DNA of 64,000 nt from the human T2T-CHM13v2.0 reference genome, Homo sapiens. This document shows, piece after piece, positions 27,129-41,892 of this stretch. Made by a program: the position numbers and the translations under genes. The notes under the pieces were generated by a model, which saw only the letters and a program-made list of their open reading frames with translations, had not been told where the DNA came from and searched no databases. Location of the stretch: the NCBI RefSeq assembly GCF_009914755.1, contig NC_060928.1, one strand, 5' to 3'. Position 1 is the stretch's first letter, and every line of letters starts with the position of its first letter.

Positions 27129-27934
27129 GATACCTTCCAACCATGTTCTGAATCCACCAGGCAGTAATTACTACCTTCCTGAAATGTGGTATCTTTCCAT
27201 AGGGACTGCATTCCTGCCTGCCAGGCAGTGCCACCAGCCTGCAGAGTAGTGGCTTGTGGAAAGAGTGAGAAGAGCAGGCCTCTTCCTGCAACTGTCTACC
27301 CTCATCAGGCACGGCCTGAGACCGACAGCGACTGCGGGACATCACTGCATCTGTGGGAGATGAGAGGACAATGACCCGCAGGGTCTGTTTGCCTTTAGGA
27401 GCAATGGACTGGACAGCCACCCTGGGAAGACTGTGGAGCCTGCAGCAGGCGTGGGTGGCTGGCCTGGGTGGCCACAATCAGGCGTGCACAGCTAATGTCG
27501 CAGCCCCTACTGCTCAGCGTGGAGGACCTTAGGAGGATCCCAGCATGGAGGGCGAGAGCCATGCACAACCCACACATGTGACTCAAGTGGGGTCTGCGGT
27601 GGATGGTCTGTAGCCAGGGCCCTGAACATGCCCTATACGCCGTGTGAGTGAATTGCCCCAAATCAGCACCACTGGTGGCCTCACCTCTCATGCAAGAAAC
27701 ATTGCTCTGGGCAGTGGGAGTGGCCCAGGCCACCCTCCTAGTCGTGACGATTGCAAAGGCACGAGTCACCAAGCTCTGTGGGTACCTGCATCCTGATCCT
27801 TGCTCAGGGTGCCCCCGGGGACGATTCTGACAGTTCTTGCAGGTGTAGGCACGGATGTGCAACCTGGAAAATTTCAAGGAAGGTGCCCCAGGGCACAGGC
27901 CAGGATAGGCTGGCTCCCTTCCCAGGTCTAAGGG

Positions 27935-28200
27935 CCATTCTGATGCCCAGCCGCAAACCCGGAAGATTCTGATCTATGGGGCTGGGGCGTGGCTCCCCCA
28001 CCATAGGTATAAAAACCTCCTCAGGTGACTCTCCCGTGCAGCCAGGTTGAGAACCACAGTGACCTCACTCACTGACTCACAAATTTGTTGGCACATTGGA
28101 ATCACCAGGGAGGTTTAATACATTCTAAGCCTGGATGCCACTCCCTGAGTTTTGACTTAATTGGTCTGGGGTGTAACCTAGCATTGGGATTGGAGAATCA
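27935..28200. mobile_element. MER5A-family fragments
   Basis: GATTCTGATC...CAGGTGACTCT...CAGCCAGGTTGAGAACCAC; CACATTGGAATCACCAGGGAG. Confidence 0.65.
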
Positions 28201-28555
28201 ATGACCTCTCATTTGAGGTGGTTTTTTAAAACCTCCAGTGGTGCCCTACATCTGATTGGCTATCAGTTGCACACTTAGCTTGGAAGGCCCCTGGATGCTG
28301 GTTTTGTGGGAGAGATTCCCCTTGCCCACTCTTTCATTGCCTGATTGGCTTCCCTGACCCCACAGGTGGCATCTTCCTCAAGTCAACCAGCGTGGTAGTC
28401 AGAGAGGGCTAACAGGAATGGGGAAAAACTTTCAACCTCCAGAGGAGTGGAAATACTGGGACTGTGGTCACACCTGGTCAACAGTCCTAAATATGAGTGT
28501 GAAAAGTCACTTGAACATTCAGAGACAAAGCTCTGGTCTCTGGTCACCACCCCTC

Positions 28556-28709
28556 TTTTTTTTTGAGCCAGAGTCTTGCTCTGACACCCAGGCTGGAGTG
28601 CAGTGGCAAGATACTGCTCACTGCAGCCTCGACCTCCTGGGCTCAAGCAATCCTCCTACCTCAGCCTTCTGAGTCACTGGAACTACAGGCGTGAGTCACT
28701 GAGCCTGGC
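28556..28709 (-). mobile_element. Alu monomer (FAM/FRAM-like)
   Basis: Single antisense arm with T tail. Confidence 0.85.
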
Positions 28710-28980
28710 TCTCCAACCCCTTTTAGAGGCTTTTTAGTTCTCAGGCTGCAGTGTAAACTGACTTTCTCTGACCCCAGGGATGAGTCAGGCAAATGTGAAG
28801 CCAAGGGGTCAACATGGAGCTGCTTCTTCCGTGGAGTATCAATTTTATTTGACAATGTACATTTGGAAAGTCAAGTAAACTTACTGACTAGAAATGCACA
28901 ACCTTATTTTAATATCATAATACATGAGAATATTGTAAACCATGATGCATAACTTGCATAATTAAAAATGAAAATCAATT

Positions 28981-29147
28981 ATTTTTATTTTTACTTTTAG
29001 ATACAGGTTCTTGTTCCATCACCCAGGCTGAAGTGCAGTGGTGGAATCCATAGCTCACTGCAGCTGCAAACTCCTGGCCTCAAGCAATCCTCTTGCCTTG
29101 GGCTCCCAAAGTGCTGGGATTATAATCATGAGCCAACACACCTGGCC
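28981..29147 (-). mobile_element. Alu monomer (FAM/FRAM-like)
   Basis: Single antisense arm. Confidence 0.85.
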
Positions 29148-29289
29148 AGTCTAAGACATTTTATGCTTGCACTGGATGTTTCAGAACAGGCATCCCCATT
29201 CCCCATTTATCTTGTATTAAGAGTTGTTTGTTAAAAAAGCTTGAGACCCACTGGAACTAGTAGGTTCAACCTATTTCTCTGTGATCTAA

Positions 29290-29625
29290 ATGAATTCGCA
29301 TAGGCTTTTTCTCTGCTGGGGATGTTCTTCCCTCACTTGGTTACCTGATGAACTCCCATTTGCCCCTCAAAGCCCGCCTTAGATTTCTAGCATACCTTTC
29401 TTTTCCTGTCAGTGAGAGGTTATCACCACCTACTCTGTACTGTGCTTAGTACATATCTGCGTTTATGCTTATTCCGCATTGGTATAATTTATTTGTTTAT
29501 GTGTCTATTTCATCTATAAGACTAGATACTCTTTGAGGGCAGGAATTACATTTCGTACATTGTTCTTCCTCATCTTAGCACCAGGCCTGGCATAGAGCAG
29601 ATCTCAACAAGAGTTTGTTGATTAA
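29290..29625 (+). mobile_element. L2 3' end
   Basis: TTATTTGTTTATGTGTCT...TTGAGGGCAGG...CCTGGCATAGAGCAG...TCAACAA...TTGTTGA. Confidence 0.7.
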
Positions 29626-30308
29626 AAGCCATGTTTTTCTTTACTTCTTAAAGAATAACTGAAAAATCCCAAACGCTCCAAATTGCTGCTAGTTGAAATT
29701 CAAAAGGAGATCGTTTTGGTGCTTTTTTCTGAGTCAGCTGTGTGACTCTGAGTATGCCCAGAAAACACAGGAGTTGCCCTGGCAGGGGGGTTGGTTATAG
29801 AGGGGTTGTCACTAGATCCTGGCCCCTTGGGGAAAGGGAGAGAGGAGGACATTGAAGAAGGGACAGTCCAGCAGCTGGCCCAGCTGTGGGGCCTGTGGTC
29901 TCCCCTCCTCTGCCCCCTCCCGTGCTCTTTGGATAGCCTTGTACTTACAGCCACTTGGACAAGCCTTAGCATTGTTTGCCTCTAGTGTAGGGTCAGAGGC
30001 CTTGTAGGAATGGCATGATTCTGCTTCCTTAAATAGTGACTTGGGAATGAAATGAGTAACCATGTCTTTAATTAGCCATACCCCAGAGGCCCGTAGGGGG
30101 TTGGTAAATGGTGGGCTTCCAGCCAAGATCAGCACTATGTGGCTGGTATTCGGTCCAGGGAGGCTTAGGGGGATGTTTTATTGGCCTCTCTCCCTCCAGT
30201 TGTCCTGTCAGCCCCTGATCCATGCTGTCGCCCTTTCAGCACGATGGGCTTCTCAAGACTGACAGAGGAAAGAAGGGAGGAGAGAGGCTAACCCAGTCTG
30301 CACATCTG

Positions 30309-30380
30309 TTAGGTTGGTGCAAACGTTAATTGTGGTTTTTGCCATTACTCGATTTTGCATTTACTTTTACATCAACCTTA
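30309..30380. mobile_element. MADE1 (Hsmar1-derived MITE)
   Basis: TTAGGTTGGTGCAAAC...TTGTGGTTTTTGCCATTAC...TTACTTTTACATCAACCT. Confidence 0.85.
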
Positions 30381-30453
30381 TATAATATCATGGGCCAGCC
30401 TCTGTGCCCAACACTGAGAAGGGCAAAATCAAAGGACTTTAGAGAAGGACTAA

Positions 30454-30856
<403 letters not shown>

Positions 30857-32119
30857 TTGTATTTTCAAACTCTGTAAATGGAATCTACACAGGCTACCCT
30901 TAATTCAGCCTCCTTCCCTTTTCTATCCACTTCCTCACACCCTGAGTCTGCCCTGGCACTCTTTCCTCAAAACGCTGCAGAAAACTGCCCTGGCCTGTGC
31001 ACTTTTCCCTTTACCCTTGTAGAGAGAAAAGAAATCTTTCTAGCCCGAGTCCACATGCCTTTCATCTCTACTAAATATCCTCCTTTCCTTCTGCCTCTTC
31101 ATTTTTCTCTCCCTAACTTTTGATGCTATATTACAGAAAAGAATAATTCTGCAAGGGAAATCTTTATCCCCAGGGAGAGTGGCAAAGACCAATGGGAAAA
31201 GGCCTCTTTCGATGGTGAGGAGAGAGGAGACAGGCTAGGGATACTCACAAGTTAAGAACGTTGGTCCTGTGTCTTAGACTCACACAGTACTGAAGTGTGG
31301 ATGTCCTCGAGCAAAAGCACAGAGGAGATCTGCGGAGTCTACCCAAGATGCTGAGGATTGCTTCCCAGAGACGAAATGCCTGAGTGGAGATTTGAAAGAA
31401 GGCTAGGAGTTCACCAAGAGACCCAGGAGAAAGGGATATCCATTTAGAGAGAATGACATGGGTAAAGTCATTTGGATAAGACAAGAGTCAGGTCCCTCAT
31501 CCACTTTGTAGCTAGCTCCTGACCTCCAGACTTTCCAGAACTGTGACTGCATATGAGATTCAGGATACCTTCCTTTCAGCTGTTGATATTGAACTCCTAG
31601 GGTCCAAATGGGAACTTGATGGAGGAGATGCTAACGGGTCCATAGGGCAGGCAGGAGAGATGCTCCTGTCTTTTCCTGGGAAGGGAATGCAAATACAGCC
31701 ACTATCCTGTGCCTGGGATATAAGTCTATTCCCTCCTGAGAAAGGAGAAAACACTTTGGGCAGGTCCGGGCAGGGCAGGGCAGGGCAGGGTAAGACTGGC
31801 TTTGCCCAGACCAACTTTGGTGCTCTCAGAAAGGAGGCAGAAAGCCTGACTATAAACAAGCTCTCTCAGCTTCCTCTTTATTGGATCCATCAGTCCTCAA
31901 GAGGTTTATTCTTAAGTTACTGTTCAGTCTGGGCTCAACCTGTCCTTATTTCTTCACTCCCACTACCTCTAACTTCGAACACTTACTTGTGCATCTGAGA
32001 TTTTAAATAATATGGTATCCTGGAATGTTTGAAGCTCCGGTGTATAGGAATGGTGTTGCATGTGTTAACAGAGCGGCAAGAATTCTACAAAGCTCTCTCT
32101 GGAGCTTTGTGTGTGTTTT

Positions 32120-32280
32120 TCCCATACCAGCAGCATCAGAATTACCTGGGAGCTTGTTAGAAATGCATGTTTTGGGGGCCCCATCTCAGACCTATGGAAC
32201 CCGTGGGGTGGGACCCAGCAATCTGTGTTTTAACAAGCCTCTAACATGCTCACATTTTGGACATGCTCAATTGAGCTAGA
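32120..32280. mobile_element. MER5A
   Basis: CCAGCAGCATCAGAATTACCTGGGAGCTTGTTAGAAATGCA...CCCAGCAATCTGTGTTTTAACAAGCC. Confidence 0.8.
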
Positions 32281-32839
32281 AGGCTATGTCATGCCGGGGA
32301 ATTAGCCTGTGATGAGTAGGACTGAGTCCCCGGGTTTGCAGGTTCCAAGGCACAGAAAACACTGTTTATTTAAGGGACTTCTTCTCTGAATGGGCATAAA
32401 AGCATTCTTTGCCCTTTTCCATGAACACTGTCAGCTTCAGAAAATGCCACATGTGTTGCATCAGAGGGAGACTTCTGACTTCTCAGCAGGTAAATGTACG
32501 TTGACTCCAAGGATGGGGAAAAGAGGGGGCTTCAGAAAATGCAAATAAGGCTGCCAGTGGCTGCAGGTGACCTCCACTGGAAGTGTTTCAGCTCTGAGTA
32601 TGCCAAGTGCATTGCTCCCCTCAGTGCTTACTCTAGGACAGTTTCTGCCTGGCCCCTCCTTCAACTTCTCAGAAGCTGCTACACCGAATTCTTCTCCAGC
32701 CTGGAGCAGTGCAAGAGGAAATGGACTGTAACAGAAGTAGGAGAAATTCAAATTTACTATAAGGGACTTTCTGAGGGCAAAGCCTGGAACAGAGCAGGTT
32801 GCACAATCTTTTCTGTACATCTCTCTCAGGGGCTACAGG

Positions 32840-33243
32840 GCTTAGTGGTTAAGGCTAGTGCCTGAATTGAGTTCAGTCCTGGCCTTTCCATGATTTAGCT
32901 GTGATCTTGAGAAAATTGCTTAACCTCTCAGTGCCTTCATGGTCTTTAATTTTTAATTTTTTTAGAGATAGGAGTCTGGCCATGTGGCTCAGCCTGGTCT
33001 CGAACTCCTGGTCTCAAGCAATTCTCCCACCTCAGCATCCTGCCTCAGCCTCCCAAGTAGCTGGGATTATAGACACAAGCCATGGCGCCCTGCAGCAGTG
33101 CCTCCATGTTCTTGATCATAAATTGGGAATTATAATAGCAAGACACTCACAGGCATTTGTGAAGATTACATTAGATAATGCATCCCAAGTAAGCACTAAC
33201 CCAGCACCTGGCCTGTAAGTGTTCACTAAATATCAGCTATTAA
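32840..33243 (+). mobile_element. MIR split by an antisense Alu monomer (~32949-33093)
   Basis: GTGATCTTGAGAAAATTGCTTAACCTCTCAGTGCCT [Alu arm] CAGTGCCT...GTGAAGATTACATTAGATAATG. Confidence 0.75.
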
Positions 33244-35394
33244 ACACCATCTGTACCTAACTTAGTACAGGCATTCAATTTAATACATGCTTGCTGAGTA
33301 AATGATGGATTCACAGTCCCTGTCTGAAGCTGCTAGAAGACCATCAAAAATATACTCCCCTTCCATTCTGAACAATTAAATTACCAGGGAGTGGTCCTGA
33401 TTCCCAAGGCTTAATGGAACTCTAGCAGGTATTTTTCACAGTGGTTTCCTATTTCTGGAATGTCTTCTCCGTTCTGGTCTGTTGTCATCCAGTAGGCTGT
33501 TAGTGGGGAATCAGAGTGACTTAAATTGCTCTCATGGACAGAGGGAGGAAACAATTAAAAAGAAATGGGAAGTGAAGTTTCTTGGGTAGAAGGACAAGGG
33601 TTGCCACCAGGTAGCATTTCCTGACATGACTCGGCTTGGAACAGTCTCTTAGCAAATTAGAAAAGTGGTCTCTGAGAGAAATCCATCTGCCCCTCCATGC
33701 ATTGCTGGCAGTGAGCTCCTGAGAGAGAACGTCAAAGGTCATTGTTGGGGTCTAACTTCATCAGAGCTGATATCTGGTAGGGGCTTATTTCTTTGGTTGA
33801 GCTGTTTAGAGGAAGAGAGATTGGTTTTTTTTCACTTATACCTGTACTTATAGAAAGCACCCTTGACATCAACACATCAGACCTGGGACCATCTAATTAT
33901 CTGGAGATCTCTGTTTTTCATTTACCGTTATACCCATATAATCTAGGTGGTTTCTGCCCCACTGTTGATCCCAGGCATTTTGCAGTGAGACTGTTAAAGA
34001 ATTCCAAAGCAGGTGTGAAAGTGCAGAGCAGGAAGATTTGGAGAGAGCTTTGAGATTTACTCTCCTCCAAAATCCTCCAGCCATGCAAGGCACAGGACTG
34101 GAAGAGCAGCAGGAGCAGAAATCCGGAATCTGTGCTTCTGATTTTGCCCAAGTGGCCAGATTTCCCCTGTGGAGGAATCACCCAGTTCCTGCAATAGCCC
34201 TTCCCCCACCTCACCTCTCTCTGCAGGGACCTCCAGGTCACCCCTATGCCTGGATAAAACTTGATGGCTGCCATTAGAACTTCTGCTAATGAGGTGAACT
34301 TTTCAGAAAACTCAATATTTAAAAACAGGGACTCACAAAACAGATCAACTGGGGAAGTGGGTGATTATTTGTCTTTGCTATATATAGGAAAGAGTCAGTT
34401 TATAACATAATTATTTTTATGTGCTATTTTTTCCGCAGAGCTCAGAGAACCATCCAATCTAATTATGCCTATATGCATTGATTTTTATAGCATCTCCTCT
34501 CTCCTTCCTGGGGTCAGACATGAGCTCTTCAGACTCTACTTCTTTTGTGACTTTCTCCAATGCCTGGCACTGAGCTTGGTACTCAGCAAGGCCCAACAAA
34601 GGTACAATTGACTGCTAGTTGTACTCCCTAGTGGGAGGTGTGTGGGTGTCTTGGAGCTGCAGCCTTTACCAGGTCTTCCCAGGAATATGCTGCTTAAACA
34701 AACGATTCTTCTTCCTCTCAAGGTGGCAGGGAATCAAAGAGCAAGGCAGGTGTGTCCACCCCACCTGGTCTTCTTATCTTTGGACTGAAATAATCTGTGC
34801 AAAATTGGAAACAGCCTGCATGTGTTCGGTGTATGTCTGCACGTGTGAGCCTGTTCCTCTGTGACTTGAAAACAGGCAAAGTATGAAGCATGAAGAAGAA
34901 TATCTGGGTCATAAGGAGGAGAGAGCTCTAAGCATTCCTCCTGTCTGGATTTCCACCTCTTAGGTTAAGTCTGATTTATTTGGCTTTAATGGAGTCTTAC
35001 CTCTGTATCTAACGAGAGTTATTTACAAAGGAAGCTTGTGTCTTGGTATTGTAAGGGTTCAGCTGTAAGCCATGATCTGCTCAGCCAGGGTCTGGGCTCT
35101 CTAGACTTGGCGCCCACAGTGTCTCTCCAGCCTCATTCCCGGGGCAGTGGGGGTCACACCCAGCTCTGTGCCTGCTCTAGAGCGTGGACCCTGCTCCTGG
35201 TTCTGCTCACACTGTTACTGTAAGCAGGAAGTTCTTGCCCTCTGCCCAGGTTGCCAGACCCTGGAGGAGACGGGAAGTTTATGATCTTTACATCTTTAGG
35301 ATAATGCTTGACATAGAGAAGATGCCTGATAAAGGTATATTAAGCGAATGGAGAGAGGGATGAATGTGCCTCTTGCCACACGTGTCCTGCCTAC

Positions 35395-35640
35395 ATTTAG
35401 GGAAATTTACTGATGCCTACTATAGGCAGGCTCCATTCCAGGGGCTTGAGATACATCAAAGTTGGAAAAATGTCTTTCTTTATGGACAGAGATTATATTC
35501 TAGCAGGGGTGACAGACTAACAATAAGTAAATAAATTATATAGTATACTACATATAAGTGCCATAGGAAAAAATCGAGCAGGAGAAGGGGGAGTTGGAGG
35601 GCCGGGGCTGGGGCAGGTTGTGGTATTAAGTAGGTGGTCA
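35395..35640 (-). mobile_element. L2 3' end
   Basis: AATTTACTGATGCCTACTAT...ATTCTAGCAGGGGTGACAGAC...AGTAAATAAA. Confidence 0.65.
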
Positions 35641-35944
<304 letters not shown>

Positions 35945-36049
35945 TCAGGGCATGACTCTGCTGGAGTAAATGGATCCCTTCTCTGATCACCTCAAATAGT
36001 TTGTCTGAACCTTTCCTCTGGCAATATTGTTTTATTCTTTAAAAATACA

Positions 36050-36342
36050 TTTTTTTTAGATAGGGTCTTGCTCTGTTGCCCCGGCTGGAGTGCAGTGGTA
36101 CAATCATAGCTCACTGCAGCCTCGATCTCCTGTGCTTAAGTGATCCTCCCACCTCAACTTTCTAAGTGGCAGGGACTACAGGCACGTACCACCATGCCTA
36201 GCTAATTTAAAACATTTTTTTTGGTAGAGATAGAGTCCTACTATGTTGCCCAGGCCGATCTTGAACTCCTGGGCTAAAGCAATCCTCTCACTTTGGCCTC
36301 CCAAAGTGTTGGGATTACAGGTGTGAGCCACCATATAGAACC
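36050..36342 (-). mobile_element. AluJ
   Basis: CAATCATAGCTCACTGCAGCCTC; CTATGTTGCCCAGG. Confidence 0.92.
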
Positions 36343-36710
36343 TGTCTTATTCATTGTACTTACAACACACACATACACACACACACATAAATCACATTTA
36401 TCTGTTTCACTGTTGGCTCTCCTACTAGGCTATCAGCATGCAGAAGCACTTCTATGCATGATCAGTATTTATATCCTCTCAGCATCTAACACATGATAGA
36501 TGTTCAATAAAAGGGGTCAAATAATAATTATTAATAATTGATTTGCTGGGGGAAATAAATGGGCCAGAAATAGTAACTGCCATATTGGCCTTTTTTTCTT
36601 TTTAACATATATAACTTGCTCTCTTTAGGTAGCAAATACCTTTGAGTACATTAAGAAGAACACTTACCCTTAAATTAGGCTTAAGGGTTCACGTGCATCA
36701 GGGCCTTTAG

Positions 36711-37163
<453 letters not shown>

Positions 37164-37504
37164 TGATTAGTGCTTTGATGTCCCTAAAATGTTTTAACTT
37201 AGTTTTACAAAAGAGAGTGATGTATCAACCCAAGGGAATAGTGATGGGCTTTGGGCAGGTCATTCCCTGTTTGGAAGATAGGATGGGGAGCAGAAGAGTG
37301 TGGTTTGAGTGCCTGGACACTGTCTGGGCCTGACTGGAAGGGGACACCTTCCCTACAACCTACTGGCCCTTCTTCCCAGTGAGGGGGACGACTGGCCTTA
37401 TCTGTTGCTAAGAAACTTATAAGAAACTTACACTCCCAGATTACCTTGTGCTACGCCATATCCTGTTTTGAATTTCCAAAGGAGAATAAATAAGAAGAAA
37501 TGAT

Positions 37505-37760
37505 AGTATTAACAAAATAGCTTCCATTTGTTAAACCCTTCCTATGTGCCAGTCTCCATGCTTGGTTTATATTTAGTATCTCAGTGTAGACCTCACAGCC
37601 ATTCTAGGAGGCAGTGGTCACTGTCCCCTTTTCACTGACGAGAAAACTGACAATGAGAAGCCAGTTCTCCCAAAGTTGCCCAGATGGTAAACGGCGAAGT
37701 GAGGGTTTGACCCCAGGCCTGCCTGTCTGACTGTAAAACTTGGCCTCATAACCACTAAAG
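37505..37760 (-). mobile_element. MIR
   Basis: CCTATGTGCCAG...GACGAGAAAACTGA...GGGTTTGACCCCAGGCCT. Confidence 0.65.
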
Positions 37761-39199
37761 GAGCAGATAATTATTTAGAGGAAAAAAACAAATGTGGGGT
37801 CTTCTTCAAGATAGTGACAATGGAGATTATAAAGCACAGGAGTGTAGGAGGAGTGGCACGGTGTAGCAATGTGTGCTACGATGACAAGGAAGAGGGAGTT
37901 GAATGCTACCCAGAGACGGCTGCAGCAGGGGAAGCCACTTACCCATGCGAACAGGTTCTAGAAAGATGTGGGAAAATGAAAAATGTTGGTGGGGGGAGGT
38001 GGCGTGAAGTTGGTAAGATTATGGAGGAGGGACTTTTCTTCCGAAATTTTCATTAATATTGTTGATACATATTTCTAATTAGAACTTGTCAGAGACACTG
38101 GAACTGCTTCCTAAAGGGCATAGAAAATGTCTTATTTCAGCTTAAGGTTTATCCAAATTGAGTCGGTAAATGGTTTGTCAACTCACTGTGCTCCGTGTGG
38201 AGGCAGGGAGCTTGTGTGAATGAGTTACGGCCACATTCACCAAATCTCTCACTTTCTTTGGTTTCGCACAGAGTCTCTAAAAAGCCCTGCAATGGGAGGA
38301 TTGAGTGTATTTTCTCTCTGCTCTCTTGGGGAGGCTCCCAAGAGAAAGGAAATGATGCCAGGGTGGGCAGCTCCAGGAGCTGGGATGCTTGGGGGCTCCT
38401 TTGTGGAACTGTCTGAACTTGGGGAGTTCAGAGAGCTTTGTGCCGTGACTTTAGGCTTTAAGAGACTTTTAAAACATGGAGTCTTGTCCAGGCCACAGTG
38501 GACTTGATTCCCTTAAATCTAATGGGTGACTTAGCAGCTCTCGTGTTTGTTGTGTGAGGTCATAGGGACATCTTCTGCCCAGTGAGCTACACAGATTGAG
38601 CCCCACACAATACATTTTGCTCCCTTCCCGTGACAGCCATCCTTGCACCTGCACCCTCATCTGCCTGTACTGCCAAGAGTCATAGGATTGCTTGTGGTGT
38701 GGGTGTGAGCGTGTCTTTATTTCCTTTCTCCAGTCTGCCTGCTTTCTTGGGGGCTTGTGTTTGATTTTGCACTGCTCTTGCTCTCTCTCCCATCCCTGGC
38801 CACCCCCGTTCCCACCACACGCAGAGACATATATGTGTGCAGTATGTTTCTCCCCTTCCTGCTTCCAAGATCCAAAACCAGACCATTGCAGGACTACACT
38901 GATGCCTGAACTTCTCCACCAGACACTCTCCACCATATTCCTTCCTTAGCTACCCAAGCAAACAAACAGCTTTCTGGACAGTGACTGATGGGCCTTCCCA
39001 TCAGTCAGATCCTTTTCCTCTGTTTACCATCCCTTCTTTCCATATACCAATCCTGGAACAAGTAGGCACTTTGGGAATACCTGTTGAAAGAACAAATCCC
39101 ATTCCACCAAATTGTGGATTTGGCTCTTCCATGAAGATTTCAAGTTCATTTTGTTTACTTGCCATAGTTCACCCATGGGTGTAGGAATATCCAAGACTC

Positions 39200-39722
39200 T
39201 AAGCCTAACCTTCCAAGTCCCTCTCATGCCATTCTCCCCACTTATCACACTCTGCTGCCATTAAGCAGGTGCATTTCAGTTCCTCAAACCCTCTAGATTC
39301 TTTCCCAGCTCAGGGCCCTTGCAGATAAACTAATTCCTTCTCCTTGAAGTGATCTTTCCTCCCTCCATCTCCAGCCTGACTCTTCGCAGGTCTAGTTCCT
39401 TCTCGTCTTTCAACTCTCAGCTTGAACATCAACTCTTCAGGGAGCCGTTTCTCACCATGTTGTATCCACAGTGTCCTTTCCCCCTTCATTCTTTGTAACT
39501 ACACCTTGTATCCTTCATAGCCAATCACTGTTTGCCATTATGTATCCATTTGTCTGTTGTCTTGTTCCGTGTCTGTCTTTCTCCCCAGGCTGTCAGCTCC
39601 GCAAGGATACAGATGATTCTATTGTTTTCACCCCATATACCCAGCACCTGGCACGGAGTAGATTCTCAACAATTCTTAGTTGAATTGAGTGGATGACTGA
39701 CTGAATGAACAATTGAATGAGT
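39200..39722 (+). mobile_element. L2 3' region
   Basis: CTCAGGGCCCTTGCA...TCTCAGCTTGAACATCAACTCTTCAGGGAG...CACCTGGCACGGAGTAG...TGAATGAA. Confidence 0.8.
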
Positions 39723-39743
39723 ACTTTTCTTTTCTCCCCCTGC

Positions 39744-40030
<287 letters not shown>

Positions 40031-40554
40031 TTTCCCCTCCTTTTTCTATTCTTGAAAATTACTTGTCACTGTCTCACTGCTACTCTTCTGTAACTGTTGT
40101 TTACATCATTTCCTTTTGAATGTAGTTTTGGGGTTTATTTGTGCATTTTTCTTCGTTAAGAGTCAGGAGTCATTCTATGCTCTCTGAACCACAAATGAGA
40201 TCTTCTGTTTTATTCTTCCCTGCCCTAGAAAGACATATCCTACCCCTTGTCAGCCATCATCTTGGAGCTCAAAAATAAGATTTGGTGTTCTGTGTCCTGG
40301 ATTACCATACTGGAATAAAATGTTCAGATGAAACTGGGAAAATTGACATTACAGAGAGAAACATGTAGAAGGGAAGAAACTGGGGGTTGGGGGGCCTGAA
40401 ACTGAGACTGAATGTAAGAGAGAAGAAATAGTGCCATGGGCATGTGCTGCAGACTACCTTCAAGATAGAGGTACCTAAAGGCAAAAAGATGATGTTATCT
40501 TCACACCAATTACAAATCTAGCCACAGGGTTGGTTGGATGGTTGAAGCTACCTA

Positions 40555-40706
40555 TGCAAAATGTGCTCTGCAGATCAGCAGCACCTGCTGCACCTGGTGT
40601 GTGTTTGAAATGCAGAATTTTGGGCCTGGCCCTGGGCCTAATGCAGTCAGAATCAGTATTTTTGACAGGCCATTCAGGTCATTTATGTAGAATTTGAGAA
40701 TCACTA
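40555..40706. mobile_element. MER5A-like
   Basis: GAAATGCAGAATTTTGGGCC...TCAGAATC...TTTGAGAATCACT. Confidence 0.6.
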
Positions 40707-40744
40707 GCGTATTCCAGAAACTGCCTGACAATTCACGTTGCTAA

Positions 40745-41068
<324 letters not shown>

Positions 41069-41609
41069 CGGGAATGAAGGAAACTTCTTGAGTGAGCTCT
41101 ACTCTGGCCCACAAAGAAGGCTGACATTGACATGTGCTGGGACAAATAAGATAATCTTCCCATTTAACTTTAAGTTCTTAAGAGCTGAGATGGAAAGTTA
41201 AGGCACAGTCAAATATTGTAGGCTTCAGAGAAGCAGATTTCAAAATGTGTAGGGATGGAAAGATGCAAGAGTTTTATCAGAAGATGGCGTTGACAAACTG
41301 GGAGCCCTTAAAAATGCAACTGCTACCAAGTATGACACTAAAAATGGTTCCTGCGAGGAAGAAGAGGAGGTGTCTGAAAAGTTAGGTGTGGCTGCCCAGG
41401 GTAACTTACAGAGTCCAGTGTACAAAAGGAGGAAGGAGGAACACAAGATCAAAAGACTTGCTTGGATCTCTACCAAGAGTGGCAGGTGGTTACGTGCTGT
41501 AAAGAAATCCTAACTTGTTACAGTGTTAAAAACAAGAAGAGCTACTCTGGGTAAGTGTGGAGCAAGGAGGATTAAAGAGGAACATTTCTCTCATTTGGAA
41601 AATGGGAGG

Positions 41610-41892
41610 TGTCATTGCTTCCATGAGACCTTCCCTGATCATCAGCCTGTCCTGCACTCTATACTCTGTCATTCTCTAGCCATATCACCCTTTTGAATGT
41701 ATTTCACAATGTTCATTGCTATGTGGAATTATCTAGTTTACTATTGCCTTATTCATTACCTACTTTGAACTCTTCTAGAATGTAAGCTCCATGAGAGGGG
41801 TGACTTCACTTGCCTTATTAACCACCAGATTCTTGGGACCTAGAACAGTGCCTGGTGTGTGCCGGGTGCCACATAAATGTGAATGAATGAAC
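41610..41892 (+). mobile_element. L2 3' end
   Basis: CTAGAATGTAAGCTCCATGAGAG...CCTAGAACAGTGCCTGG...TGAATGAATGAA. Confidence 0.85.
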
